DNA of 46,194 nucleotides from a bacterium (GTDB lineage Bacteria; Patescibacteriota; Minisyncoccia; UBA6257; 02-FULL-45-10c): NCBI GenBank assembly GCA_021786945.1, contig JAJYMK010000003.1, positions 103,105 to 149,298 of the forward strand, read 5' to 3'. Shown piece by piece: positions 25,018 to 33,287 of this stretch (position 1 is its first letter; each line of letters starts with the position of its first letter). The notes under the pieces were generated by a model. It saw only the letters and a program-made list of their open reading frames with translations, ran no database searches and was not told where the DNA came from. The position numbers and the translations under genes were made by a program.

Positions 25018-25920
25018 ATGAATTTGTATCAAAATAAGGATTCCAATATCCGAAAAACTTGGTTGCTCTTTACGCTATTTTTTGTAGTGATTATTGGGTT
25101 TGGATATACATTGTCATATATTTATAACGATTCCGGAATTTTGATAATTGCGGTTTTATTTAGTATTTTTATGAGTTTTCTGAGTTATTGGTACTCCGAT
25201 AAGATAGTTTTAAAAATGGCCAACGCCATGCCTGTTTCTAATGAAAATGCCAAAGAGCTTTATCATATCGTGGAAAATTTAGCGATTACAGCCGGTATTC
25301 CTACGCCGAAAATTTATATCGTAAACGAAAAGGCGCCTAATGCTTTTGCAACCGGAAGAAATCCCGAGCATGCGGTAGTGGCCGTAACCACCGGTCTTTT
25401 GGAAAAACTTGATAGATCCGAATTGGAAGGCGTGTTGGCACACGAGCTTTCTCATATCGGAAATTACGACATGCTTATTTCTACAATGGTCGTGGTGTTG
25501 GTTGGTTTTATTTCAATAGCTTCAGATATGTTTATGCGTTCTATGTTTTGGGGCGGAAGTAGAAACCGCAACGACAGGGAGGGAAATTCCAATGGCTTAG
25601 TTGTGGTTATAGGTTTAGTTCTGATGATTTTGGCTCCTATTGCGGCCACACTTATACAATTGGCTATTTCCAGAAAAAGAGAGTTTTTGGCCGATGCTTC
25701 GGGTGCTTTGCTTACCAGGTATCCGGATGGTTTGGCTAGGGCTTTGGAAAAAATATCCAGCGATCCGGTTCCGCTATCTGTAGCGAATAATACTACCGCT
25801 CATTTATGGCTGGAGGATCCTTTCAAGAAAAATCAAAAAAAATCTTGGTTTACAAATTTATTTCAGACGCATCCGTCAATTGAAGAGCGGGTTGCCGCTT
25901 TACGTGGGATGAAAATTTAG
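25018..25920 (+). CDS. htpX: Zinc metalloprotease HtpX (M48 family).
   Basis: The HExxH motif 'AHELSHIGNYD', 4 TM helices, 'EFLADASGA' and a C-terminal 'THPSIEERVAAL'. Confidence 0.92.
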   Translation: MNLYQNKDSNIRKTWLLFTLFFVVIIGFGYTLSYIYNDSGILIIAVLFSIFMSFLSYWYSDKIVLKMANAMPVSNENAKELYHIVENLAITAGIPTPKIYIVNEKAPNAFATGRNPEHAVVAVTTGLLEKLDRSELEGVLAHELSHIGNYDMLISTMVVVLVGFISIASDMFMRSMFWGGSRNRNDREGNSNGLVVVIGLVLMILAPIAATLIQLAISRKREFLADASGALLTRYPDGLARALEKISSDPVPLSVANNTTAHLWLEDPFKKNQKKSWFTNLFQTHPSIEERVAALRGMKI

Positions 25921-25963
25921 TTGAAAAATATTCTATTTGCATTTATTATATGTAGATATAAAT

Positions 25964-26050
25964 GGAGGGTTCGCATAGTGGTCTAGTGCGCCTGCTTGGA
26001 GAGCAGGTTTCTCCGAAAGGGGATCACAGGTTCAAATCCTGTACCCTCCG
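25964..26050 (+). tRNA. tRNA-Ser (anticodon GGA), long variable arm, no encoded CCA.
   Basis: Acceptor ggagggt/accctcc; anticodon stem cctgc/gcagg with loop tt-GGA-ga; variable arm tctcc-gaaa-gggga; T arm acagg-ttcaaat-cctgt. Confidence 0.9.
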
Positions 26051-26084
26051 CACTTCGGCAAGCTCAGTGCAAGCCAAATGTGGA
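26034..26084 (+). repeat. Direct repeat copy 1 (51 bp), made of the last 17 nt of tRNA-Ser plus 34 nt downstream.
   Basis: aaatcctgtaccctccgcacttcggcaagctcagtgcaagccaaatgtgga is identical at 26410-26460. Confidence 0.95.
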
Positions 26085-26096
26085 GATTAAAAAAAT

Positions 26097-26375
26097 ATGT
26101 GGTATATTTACATGCTTCTTTGTGATCAGAAAACTTTTTATGTCGGAATCACAAATAATTTAAAGAACCGCATTTTGAATCATAAGAATAAAAAATCTTT
26201 ATTTACTAAAAAGTTTTCTGATTTTGAATTGGTTTATTGTGAAAAATCTTTGAATAGGCATCAAGCTGCATTACGTGAAAAACAAATAAAGGGGTGGTCT
26301 CACACAAAGAAGCAAATGTTGATTGATGGTAAATTGGGAAATAATATTTGTGCTGAGTTTGCTGAAGTTTTGTAA
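26097..26375 (+). CDS. GIY-YIG (URI-type) nuclease-domain protein, 92 aa.
   Basis: 'WYIYMLLCDQKTFYVGITNNLKNRILNH...' matches the GIY...YVG motifs of the GIY-YIG domain, followed by 'REKQIKGWSHTKK'. Confidence 0.8.
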   Translation: MWYIYMLLCDQKTFYVGITNNLKNRILNHKNKKSLFTKKFSDFELVYCEKSLNRHQAALREKQIKGWSHTKKQMLIDGKLGNNICAEFAEVL

Positions 26376-26409
26376 TGTACAGGATGTCTCGTCCTGAACT
26401 TGTTGAAGG

Positions 26410-26460
26410 AAATCCTGTACCCTCCGCACTTCGGCAAGCTCAGTGCAAGCCAAATGTGGA
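26410..26460 (+). repeat. Direct repeat copy 2 (51 bp).
   Basis: Identical to 26034-26084. It is preceded by 'gtacagg' (26377-26383), which can pair with 'cctgtac' (26414-26420) to form a pseudo T-arm with an enlarged loop. Confidence 0.95.
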
Positions 26461-26472
26461 AAATAAAAAAAA

Positions 26473-26500
26473 CCGCCCCGAGGGGCGGCTTTTTATTTTT
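26473..26500 (+). terminator. Rho-independent terminator.
   Basis: ccgccc-cgag-gggcgg followed by ctttttatttttt. Confidence 0.8.
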
Positions 26501-26628
26501 TATCTTACATAAATGATTCCCCTCATGCTTGGGTGAATCGAACAATGGTAGCCATAGTCTCCAGACTTTTTTAAATTTATTTGATATAATTAAAATGTCG
26601 CGGTATTTATAAAAAAATAAAAAAATAA

Positions 26629-27687
26629 ATGAAAACTTTAAAAATATTGGCTGTATCTGTTTTAATGATGCCGGTGTTGGTTTTTGGCCAAGTTGCCACA
26701 ACTTCGACCACTACACCGGAAATAGTTTTGCCGGCCGCGGGACTTACCCCTAGCAGCCCGCTTTATTTCTTAAACCGGGTAAGTGAAGCGTTGCAGGAAT
26801 TTTTCACGTTTAATCCGGAAGCGAAGGCCAGATTGGAACTTCAGTTTGCCGCCGAGCGTATAGCCGAAATTCAAAAAATGCTTGTGGATAGCGGAGCTAC
26901 CGCACCGGGAATCGATGTTGCCAAAGCCCGTTTAGCCGACAATTTGGCAAAAGCTACCGCTGCCGTGGATAGCATAAAAAATTCAGGAAAAGATACATCT
27001 GCACTAGCTAAAGAAGTGAGTGATAAAATTACTTCGGAAAAATTAGCCCTTAAAAAAGTATTTAATCGGGAAGATGGCAGTCTTTCCGAACAGCAAAAGT
27101 CTTTACAGGAAAAGATTTCCGAAGCGAATAAAGCCGGAGATTCCGCAAAGGCACAGGAGCTGGAAAAGGATCTTTCTTCTGTAGGTAGTGAAAGAGACGC
27201 GCTCAAAAAGCATGAAGATGAGAGTTCTCAGAATTTCGACAGCGAAGACGAAAAAGCCGATAGCTCTCTTTCGTTGAAAGAGCAGGCGCAGAGCGCTATC
27301 GACGATGCCAAGAAATCCAGAGCTGAATTACTTGTGGAAATGCCCCAGTTAACTGCCGCGGATCTTGTTTTGGCCGACAAAGCCATCTCTAGCGCAGAAG
27401 ATCTTTTTGCTAAAGAAAATTATCAGGCCGCCAAAGAATTGGCGCACCAAGCCGAAAGCGCCCTTGAACGCGCAAAAGAATCATCCGAGAAAGAGGCTGA
27501 AAAAGAAAGTGAGTCGGCTAAAACCGAAGGAGAACAGTTAAATGAAGAACAAAAGTCAGCTTCTGAGCAAATTATTGAAGAGCAGAAAAAAGCAGCGGAA
27601 CAAATGTATGAAGAACAAAAAAGAGCCCTCGAATTAAATCAGGAATTAAATAAATCGGGTTCAACCTCTCAAGAAGTTGAGGATTAA
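26629..27687 (+). CDS. Secreted DUF5667-like protein with an acidic coiled-coil C-terminus, paralog of 17300.
   Basis: A signal peptide, then 'GLTPSSPLYFLNRVSEALQEFFTF', then an E/K/A/S-rich helical tail. Confidence 0.75.
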   Translation: MKTLKILAVSVLMMPVLVFGQVATTSTTTPEIVLPAAGLTPSSPLYFLNRVSEALQEFFTFNPEAKARLELQFAAERIAEIQKMLVDSGATAPGIDVAKARLADNLAKATAAVDSIKNSGKDTSALAKEVSDKITSEKLALKKVFNREDGSLSEQQKSLQEKISEANKAGDSAKAQELEKDLSSVGSERDALKKHEDESSQNFDSEDEKADSSLSLKEQAQSAIDDAKKSRAELLVEMPQLTAADLVLADKAISSAEDLFAKENYQAAKELAHQAESALERAKESSEKEAEKESESAKTEGEQLNEEQKSASEQIIEEQKKAAEQMYEEQKRALELNQELNKSGSTSQEVED

Positions 27688-27696
27688 TTCATTTTT

Positions 27697-27728
27697 AAAG
27701 GCGCGGTCTTATTGAGCTGCGCCTTTTT
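27697..27728 (+). terminator. Rho-independent terminator.
   Basis: aaaggcgc...gcgccttt followed by tt. Confidence 0.7.
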
Positions 27729-27770
27729 AATTATTGGCAAAAATTGATAGAATTTAGTCATATTGTTTTT

Positions 27771-28442
27771 ATGAATAAAAAATCAATCATAATTTTAAGA
27801 GTTTTTATAATTCTGGCTTTGGCGGGATTGATTGCCTGGATTTTTTATTTTTTGTACCAAATAGGTTCGGAAGAAAGTTATTCGCAAAATAGCCAATCCG
27901 GTTTGAAAGTTTACCAAAATCCTGAATATGGATTTGAAATCAGCTACCCGGAAAATTTAATCGCCACTACAACATTCCAGAGTTATTACCATCTTAATAG
28001 CGATTGGAGAGCCGACGCCTTTCCCGAAACTTCCGGAAAAGGCATTGTAAGTATTCCGGTTTATAGAATTGAGAATAGGGGTAAAAACGGGGAATTCGTA
28101 AGCTATCCAATGTATTTTGATGCCGAGCTCAGGATTGGCGCCAGCTCTGATCCGAAAGATCTTGAAGCTTGCCTGTCGGCCTACAACGAAACCGCTACGG
28201 GTACGGAAATAATAAAAGGCATTACTTTCAGCAAGTTTATTATCCAAAATGCGGGAATGATGCAATATGTTCAGGGCGTGAGTTACAGGACAATACACAA
28301 TAATGTCTGCTTTGCCCTAGAGCAGCTTAAAACCGGCAGCAGTTACAGAGACGTGCCAAATCCAAACGACATTCCGGATTCGGTTTTGGATTCCTACTAC
28401 AATCAGATCCCAAGTATTATAAAGACATTTGAATTCGAATAA
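27771..28442 (+). CDS. N-terminally anchored extracytoplasmic hypothetical protein.
   Basis: The ATG at 27771 (MNKKSIIILRVFIILALAGLIAWIFYF) is a signal anchor. TGATAGAAT lies at 27745-27753 upstream. Confidence 0.65.
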   Translation: MNKKSIIILRVFIILALAGLIAWIFYFLYQIGSEESYSQNSQSGLKVYQNPEYGFEISYPENLIATTTFQSYYHLNSDWRADAFPETSGKGIVSIPVYRIENRGKNGEFVSYPMYFDAELRIGASSDPKDLEACLSAYNETATGTEIIKGITFSKFIIQNAGMMQYVQGVSYRTIHNNVCFALEQLKTGSSYRDVPNPNDIPDSVLDSYYNQIPSIIKTFEFE

Positions 28443-28466
28443 ACTGTAATTAAATAAAATTAAAAT

Positions 28467-28769
28467 ATGAGAGGATTTATAGAATTTATACGTCAGCAGG
28501 GAGTTGTGGGTCTGGCTGTTGGTTTCATTCTCGGCAGCGCGGTGTCCAAATTGGTTAACGCCGTAATTACGGATCTTATTAACCCGTTTCTCAGTCTCCT
28601 GCTGGGTATGGCCGGGGATTTGGCCACGGCTTCGTTTAGTGTCGGTCCGGCAAAAGTTTTGTACGGAGATTTAATCAGCGTGTTTATAAATTTTTTGGTT
28701 ATAGCTCTGGTAGTTTATTTTGGAGTAAAGGGACTCGGCTTGGACAAATTGGATAAACCGAAACAATAA
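28467..28769 (+). CDS. mscL: Large-conductance mechanosensitive channel.
   Basis: 'FIEFIRQQGVVGLAVGFILGSAVSKLVNAVITDLINP', with MscL-like size and two TM helices. Confidence 0.88.
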   Translation: MRGFIEFIRQQGVVGLAVGFILGSAVSKLVNAVITDLINPFLSLLLGMAGDLATASFSVGPAKVLYGDLISVFINFLVIALVVYFGVKGLGLDKLDKPKQ

Positions 28770-28777
28770 TTTTTTAT

Positions 28778-30574
28778 ATGACAATAAAATGGAAATATGT
28801 TTTTAGGGCGGCTGTTTCCGTTTTTATTTTTGCGCTTTTGTTCGGATATTATTATTCCGACAAGTTTTACCCGCATACATTCATAAACGGCGTGTCCGTG
28901 AGTGGTCTTACCTATGCCCAGGGTGAAAAGAAAATTGTTTCTTTTTTTGAAGATATAAAGACAAATGGATTCAATCTGGAATTTGCCCGCGAGACAAATA
29001 CCAGAAAAGTAAACATCCCGTCTTTTGCATCCGGCTTTACGCCCGATACCGTGGTGGAATATTTTACTATCGGTGATATAGAAAAATCTTTTAGCGATGC
29101 CTATGGCCGCGGCAGGGAAGCTTCTTTTTGGGACAGATGGTTGGGCCGCCTTTCTTCTTTATTCTGGGACAAAACATACGAAGTTCCTTTTGCCATACAG
29201 AGGGAAGCAGTTGTTTCTTTATTGGACCGTGAATTGAACGGATTTTTGAGTGGTCCGAAAAATGCCGAGTTTGTGTGGGACAAGGGTAAAATAGCTATAT
29301 CCGAGGGAAGAAACGGCGCAGACGTGGACTACGACAAAATATTGGACGGCATGAAAGATGCTTTGAACAGGGCGGATAAAAGCAGCTTGTGGTTTGGGGT
29401 AAATCTCATATCTCCGCGAATCACTTCCACCAATCTCAAATTGAGGTTGGAGTTTGTGAATGACCTTATAAACAAGCCTGTGAATATAGAATTTTGGAAC
29501 GGTCCGTATTGGTGGCGAGCCAGGGGAGCTGTGATTGCCGACTGGATTACGTTAAACGAAAACAACAAAGAAAAAATAGAAATAAAGCCCGAAAAGCTTA
29601 GAAACTTTTTTGAATTGAATGTGGACTATCCGCCTATTGAAGAAAAATCTCTTAATGCACGATTTGAAATGCAAAACGGCAAGCTGGTGCAGATTGTGCC
29701 CGGAAAGCCTGGGCTGGAAGTGAATTTTGATAAATTGAAGGCGGATACAGAAAGTCAGCTGCAGACTGTTTATGAAAATTATCTGGCCGGTAAAATAAAG
29801 GCACAGACATTGAACGTGAATTTTACGGTGGAAAAAGTGCAGCCGCAGATAAACAAAGAAACTATAGATAAATATAAAATCACGGATCTGATAGGCCGTG
29901 CGCAGACCAGTTTTTTGGGAAGTTCGGCGGCAAGGATAAACAACATAAAAGTGGGAGTTTCCAAGCTCAACGGAATTTTGTTGGCTCCGGGCGAAGAATT
30001 TTCGGCTGTTAAGGCCATCGGCGAAGTGACCGAAGAGGCGGGGTACCAGAAAGAATTTGTGATTAAGGTGGACAAAAGCGTAGAGGAATACGGCGGCGGG
30101 CTATGCCAGGTAGGAACCACTTTGTTTAGGCTGGCTTTAGATGCGGGCCTACCTGTTACGGAAAGACAGAACCATAGTTATGTGGTGGGTTACTACGGCC
30201 CGGGACTGGATGCCACAATCTATGGCCCATATCCCGATCTGAAATTTGTAAACGATACGGGGAACTATATTTTGTTGCAGGGGATGGTAGAGGGCACAAA
30301 TCTGATATTTGAATTTTACGGAAAGAAAGACGGAAGGCACGTGACCATTTCCGATGTGCGTATAAAAGACAAAATTTCTCCGCCAGATACAAAATATATT
30401 CTTTCGCCCGATCTGTTGGCGGGACAGAAAAAATGCACGGAAAAGCGCAGAGACGGCCTTACCGCGGAAGCGGATTATACGGTGGAATACGCAAATGGTG
30501 ATGTGAGCAGGCAGACTTTCACAAGTATTTATAAATCTTGGCAGGAAGTGTGTTTATTGGGGACAGGGATTTAG
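28778..30574 (+). CDS. VanW family protein with an N-terminal anchor.
   Basis: 'EEYGGGLCQVGTTLFRLALDAGLPVTERQNHSY' is the VanW-domain signature. Confidence 0.85.
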   Translation: MTIKWKYVFRAAVSVFIFALLFGYYYSDKFYPHTFINGVSVSGLTYAQGEKKIVSFFEDIKTNGFNLEFARETNTRKVNIPSFASGFTPDTVVEYFTIGDIEKSFSDAYGRGREASFWDRWLGRLSSLFWDKTYEVPFAIQREAVVSLLDRELNGFLSGPKNAEFVWDKGKIAISEGRNGADVDYDKILDGMKDALNRADKSSLWFGVNLISPRITSTNLKLRLEFVNDLINKPVNIEFWNGPYWWRARGAVIADWITLNENNKEKIEIKPEKLRNFFELNVDYPPIEEKSLNARFEMQNGKLVQIVPGKPGLEVNFDKLKADTESQLQTVYENYLAGKIKAQTLNVNFTVEKVQPQINKETIDKYKITDLIGRAQTSFLGSSAARINNIKVGVSKLNGILLAPGEEFSAVKAIGEVTEEAGYQKEFVIKVDKSVEEYGGGLCQVGTTLFRLALDAGLPVTERQNHSYVVGYYGPGLDATIYGPYPDLKFVNDTGNYILLQGMVEGTNLIFEFYGKKDGRHVTISDVRIKDKISPPDTKYILSPDLLAGQKKCTEKRRDGLTAEADYTVEYANGDVSRQTFTSIYKSWQEVCLLGTGI

Positions 30575-30636
30575 ATTATTAAAATCATTGACTTTTAATT
30601 GAGTAGGTTGCAATCTAAAAATATAAGATAAAATAT

Positions 30637-30645
30637 TGGTATAAT
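30637..30645 (+). promoter_or_regulatory. Extended -10 promoter of the type I R-M operon.
   Basis: TGGTATAAT, with the hsdM ATG 9 nt downstream of the -10 and no SD. Confidence 0.55.
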
Positions 30646-30654
30646 ATAAACATT

Positions 30655-32112
30655 ATGTTCGAACAATCACTAAAAAATATAGACGATATTCTTCATCAAG
30701 ATGCTGGCTGCGCGACCGAGCTTGATTATATCGAACAGACTTCGTGGATTTTATTTTTGAAGTATCTAGATGATTTAGAAAAAGATAAAAAGACTGAAGC
30801 AGCTTTAGCTGGTAAGAAATATGATTTTATAATCGACGCTTCTTATCGTTGGGAGGTTTGGGCGATGCCTAAGACTAAAGATGGGAAATTAGATCATAAT
30901 TCCGCTTTATCCGGAGATGATTTGAAGGATTTTGTCGATCATAAACTTTTTCCGTATTTTAAAAAGTTTAAAACTGAGGCAGAAAATCCGGATACTATTG
31001 AATATAAAATTGGTGAGATTTTTTTTGAGCTTAAAAATAAAATTCAGAGCGGGCACAGGCTTCGTGAGATTTTAAATATCGTAGACGGCATGCATTTTCG
31101 TACTGATGCGGAAAAGCACGAGCTTTCTCATCTTTATGAGAGCAAAATCAAGAATATGGGTAATGCAGGCAGAAATGGCGGGGAATATTATACTCCGCGT
31201 CCGCTTATTAGAACGATTGTGAAAATTGTTGCTCCTAAAATTGGTGAAAAAATTTATGATGGAGCTTGTGGATCGGCTGGTTTTTTAGTGGAAGCTTTTG
31301 ATTATTTAACTAGAGAAAATAAAGATCGTTCCACTAAACAAAATGAGATTATCCAAAAAAAGACATTGTATGGGAAAGAAATAAAATCCCTTGCCTATAT
31401 TATCGGTGTTATGAATATGATTTTGCATGGTGTAGAAGCTCCGAATATCAGACACATGAATACCTTGGCCGAAAATATTTTAGATATTCAGGAAAAAGAT
31501 AGATACGATATTGTCCTTGCCAATCCGCCCTTTGGCGCTGGAATAGGCAGGGAAATTCAACAAAACTTTCCGATCAAAACGGGAGAGACGGCATTTCTTT
31601 TTCTTCAGCACTTCATCAAAATTCTAAAGGCTGGGGGCAGAGCGGGTATTGTCATTAAAAATACATTTCTTTCAAATACAGATAATGCCTCTGTATCGCT
31701 TCGCAAACTTCTTTTAGAAAGCTGTAATCTTCACACCGTGCTTGATTTGCCGGGTGGAGCCTTTCAGGGCGCTGGCGTTAAAACCGTTGTTTTGTTTTTT
31801 ACAAAAGGCGAGCCGACCAAAAAGATTTGGTATTACCAATTAAATTTGGATAGAAATTTAGGCAAAACAAATCCACTCAACGAAGAAGATCTTGAAGATT
31901 TTGTTGAATTGCAAAAGATAAAAGCTGACTCAGATAACTCGTGGAGTGTTGATATTTCAAAGATTGATCAAAATGCCATCGATTTATCTGTTAAAAATCC
32001 AAATAAAGGCGGGGAAGTAGTTTTGAGAGAGCCGGAGGAAATTTTAAAAGAAATTAAGAGACTAGATAAAGAAAGCATAAAAGAACTTAAAAATATTGAA
32101 TGCAAGTTATAG
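30655..32112 (+). CDS. hsdM: Type I restriction-modification system, N6-adenine DNA methyltransferase subunit M.
   Basis: HsdM N-terminal pattern 'EQTSWILFLKYLDDLE', SAM motif 'DGACGSAGFLV', catalytic 'VLANPPFGAG'. Confidence 0.95.
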   Translation: MFEQSLKNIDDILHQDAGCATELDYIEQTSWILFLKYLDDLEKDKKTEAALAGKKYDFIIDASYRWEVWAMPKTKDGKLDHNSALSGDDLKDFVDHKLFPYFKKFKTEAENPDTIEYKIGEIFFELKNKIQSGHRLREILNIVDGMHFRTDAEKHELSHLYESKIKNMGNAGRNGGEYYTPRPLIRTIVKIVAPKIGEKIYDGACGSAGFLVEAFDYLTRENKDRSTKQNEIIQKKTLYGKEIKSLAYIIGVMNMILHGVEAPNIRHMNTLAENILDIQEKDRYDIVLANPPFGAGIGREIQQNFPIKTGETAFLFLQHFIKILKAGGRAGIVIKNTFLSNTDNASVSLRKLLLESCNLHTVLDLPGGAFQGAGVKTVVLFFTKGEPTKKIWYYQLNLDRNLGKTNPLNEEDLEDFVELQKIKADSDNSWSVDISKIDQNAIDLSVKNPNKGGEVVLREPEEILKEIKRLDKESIKELKNIECKL

Positions 32113-32116
32113 AGGT

Positions 32117-32497
32117 ATGTGTTTAAATTTAAAAGAAAAATTACAAACGTCGCCGTTATTTAAAACATTTGTAGGTGTTTTTAGTATTGTTATCTTTGGT
32201 ATTCTTTCTGGTGCCTTCATCGCAGAAATTACAATAAATGGGAAGATTGAGTGGGGTTCTTTTTATAAAGCCACGTCTTTTTATTTATTACTTTTTTGTT
32301 GTTTGTTAATGTACTTTTATTTTCGTTTACAATTTAATTTTGAGGAATCAATTGAAAAATTTAAAGATGATGAATATTGTAAGGCGTACATGAGAAAACA
32401 ATGTCTTCCGGAAATGGCAAAAAAGACAAATAAATTAATTAAAAAAGGAAGAGATAAGAACCAATTAAAAGATTTAATGTCGGATTTAAATTTATAG
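32117..32497 (+). CDS. Unknown 126-aa two-TM protein with a basic C-terminal tail, embedded between hsdM and hsdS.
   Basis: The ATG lies 4 nt after the hsdM stop. TM helices are 'FVGVFSIVIFGILSGAFIAEI' and 'SFYLLLFCCLLMYFYF'. The tail is 'KKTNKLIKKGRDKNQLK'. Confidence 0.6.
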   Translation: MCLNLKEKLQTSPLFKTFVGVFSIVIFGILSGAFIAEITINGKIEWGSFYKATSFYLLLFCCLLMYFYFRLQFNFEESIEKFKDDEYCKAYMRKQCLPEMAKKTNKLIKKGRDKNQLKDLMSDLNL

Positions 32498-32499
32498 AT

Positions 32500-33285
32500 A
32501 TGAAAATATTAGCAACAGAACAATTTGAGAATAAGTTAAAATCTCAAGATGAATTTTACAAAAAAGCTTTTTATCAAGTTTTGAATAGTATCAAAAACTT
32601 AGATGCAAAATCCGTTGCTGGTTATTTGAGTATTCATTTTGTATTGGGCTCAGTGCAATTTTATAAAATTGGAAATTTAAGGCTATTCTTGAATTTTACA
32701 CAGGACGAACATAAAAATACCGTGCTCGTTTTCCTTGATTTAACTCTTAGTATTGCACCAATAAACACAAATAGAAATCCAAGGTTTAACAACCTAATAA
32801 ATCCAAGGTTTAACAACCTAATAAATCCAAGGTTTAACAATCTAATAAATCCAAGGTTTAACAACCTAATAAATCCAAGGTTTAACAACCTAATAAATCC
32901 AAGGTTTAACAACCTAATAAATCCAAGGTTTAACAACCTAATAAATCCAAGGTTTAACAACCTAATAAACCCAAGGTTTAACAACCTAATAAACCCAAGG
33001 TTTAACAACCTAATAAACCCAAGGTTTAATCCGAATTTTGTTGGTTTTTACTGCTACGACTTAAACTCTACCCCATACGAATTTGTTATACCGGAGTCTA
33101 ATCAACATATGTTATTATTTTTTGATTTTAGCGGAGAACAAACAAATTACGCCATAAAACACTCACAAAATGGTTACGTTGTGTTTAATTTAGACGGCGA
33201 GTGGATTGGTCATCTAGAATCAGATTCTAGAGATGGGTTTAATTATTTTGATTTAAATAATGAATGGATTGGATTTATAAAATAA
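32500..33285 (+). CDS. Unknown 261-aa protein: RelE/ParE-like N-domain, (NPRFNNLI)x10 octapeptide repeat tract, and a C-domain with 'EWIG' repeats.
   Basis: The ATG lies 2 nt after the upstream stop. The N-domain 'FENKLKSQDEFYKKAFYQVLNSI...FYKIGNLRLFLNFTQDEHKNTVLVFLDL' follows the RelE/ParE pattern (xYKI..yRLvy....d..vvvfl.v). The C-domain has 'FNLDGEWIGH' and 'FDLNNEWIGF'. Confidence 0.7.
   Translation: MKILATEQFENKLKSQDEFYKKAFYQVLNSIKNLDAKSVAGYLSIHFVLGSVQFYKIGNLRLFLNFTQDEHKNTVLVFLDLTLSIAPINTNRNPRFNNLINPRFNNLINPRFNNLINPRFNNLINPRFNNLINPRFNNLINPRFNNLINPRFNNLINPRFNNLINPRFNNLINPRFNPNFVGFYCYDLNSTPYEFVIPESNQHMLLFFDFSGEQTNYAIKHSQNGYVVFNLDGEWIGHLESDSRDGFNYFDLNNEWIGFIK
32776..33030 (+). repeat. 24-bp tandem repeat, 10 full units plus a 15-bp partial unit, in frame.
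   Basis: The unit is aatccaaggtttaacaacctaata, starting at 32776 and every 24 nt up to 33016. The only variants are aatcta in unit 3 and aaaccc in the last units. Confidence 0.97.
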
Positions 33286-33287
33286 TT

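Larger units (their letters stand above)
26085..26460 (+). mobile_element. Candidate 376-bp mini-insertion carrying only a GIY-YIG gene and ending in a duplicated tRNA-Ser 3' segment.
   Basis: It is bounded by the 51-bp perfect direct repeat. The original-looking tRNA terminator sits only after copy 2. Confidence 0.55.

Noticed and set aside
26530-26565. A T-loop-like 'gttcgattc' on the minus strand, considered as a possible tRNA remnant.
   Set aside because: The flanking bases cannot form a T-stem or an acceptor stem.
26300-26701. A 133-aa minus-strand ORF across the tRNA-repeat and terminator region.
   Set aside because: It runs antisense through the GIY-YIG 3' end, direct repeat copy 2, a strong terminator hairpin and the start of the 26629 gene. 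It has no SD or promoter.
32776-33030. Whether the 24-bp repeat array is a CRISPR array.
   Set aside because: The units are directly abutting with no spacers, they are in frame within a 261-aa ORF, and there are no cas genes in the window.
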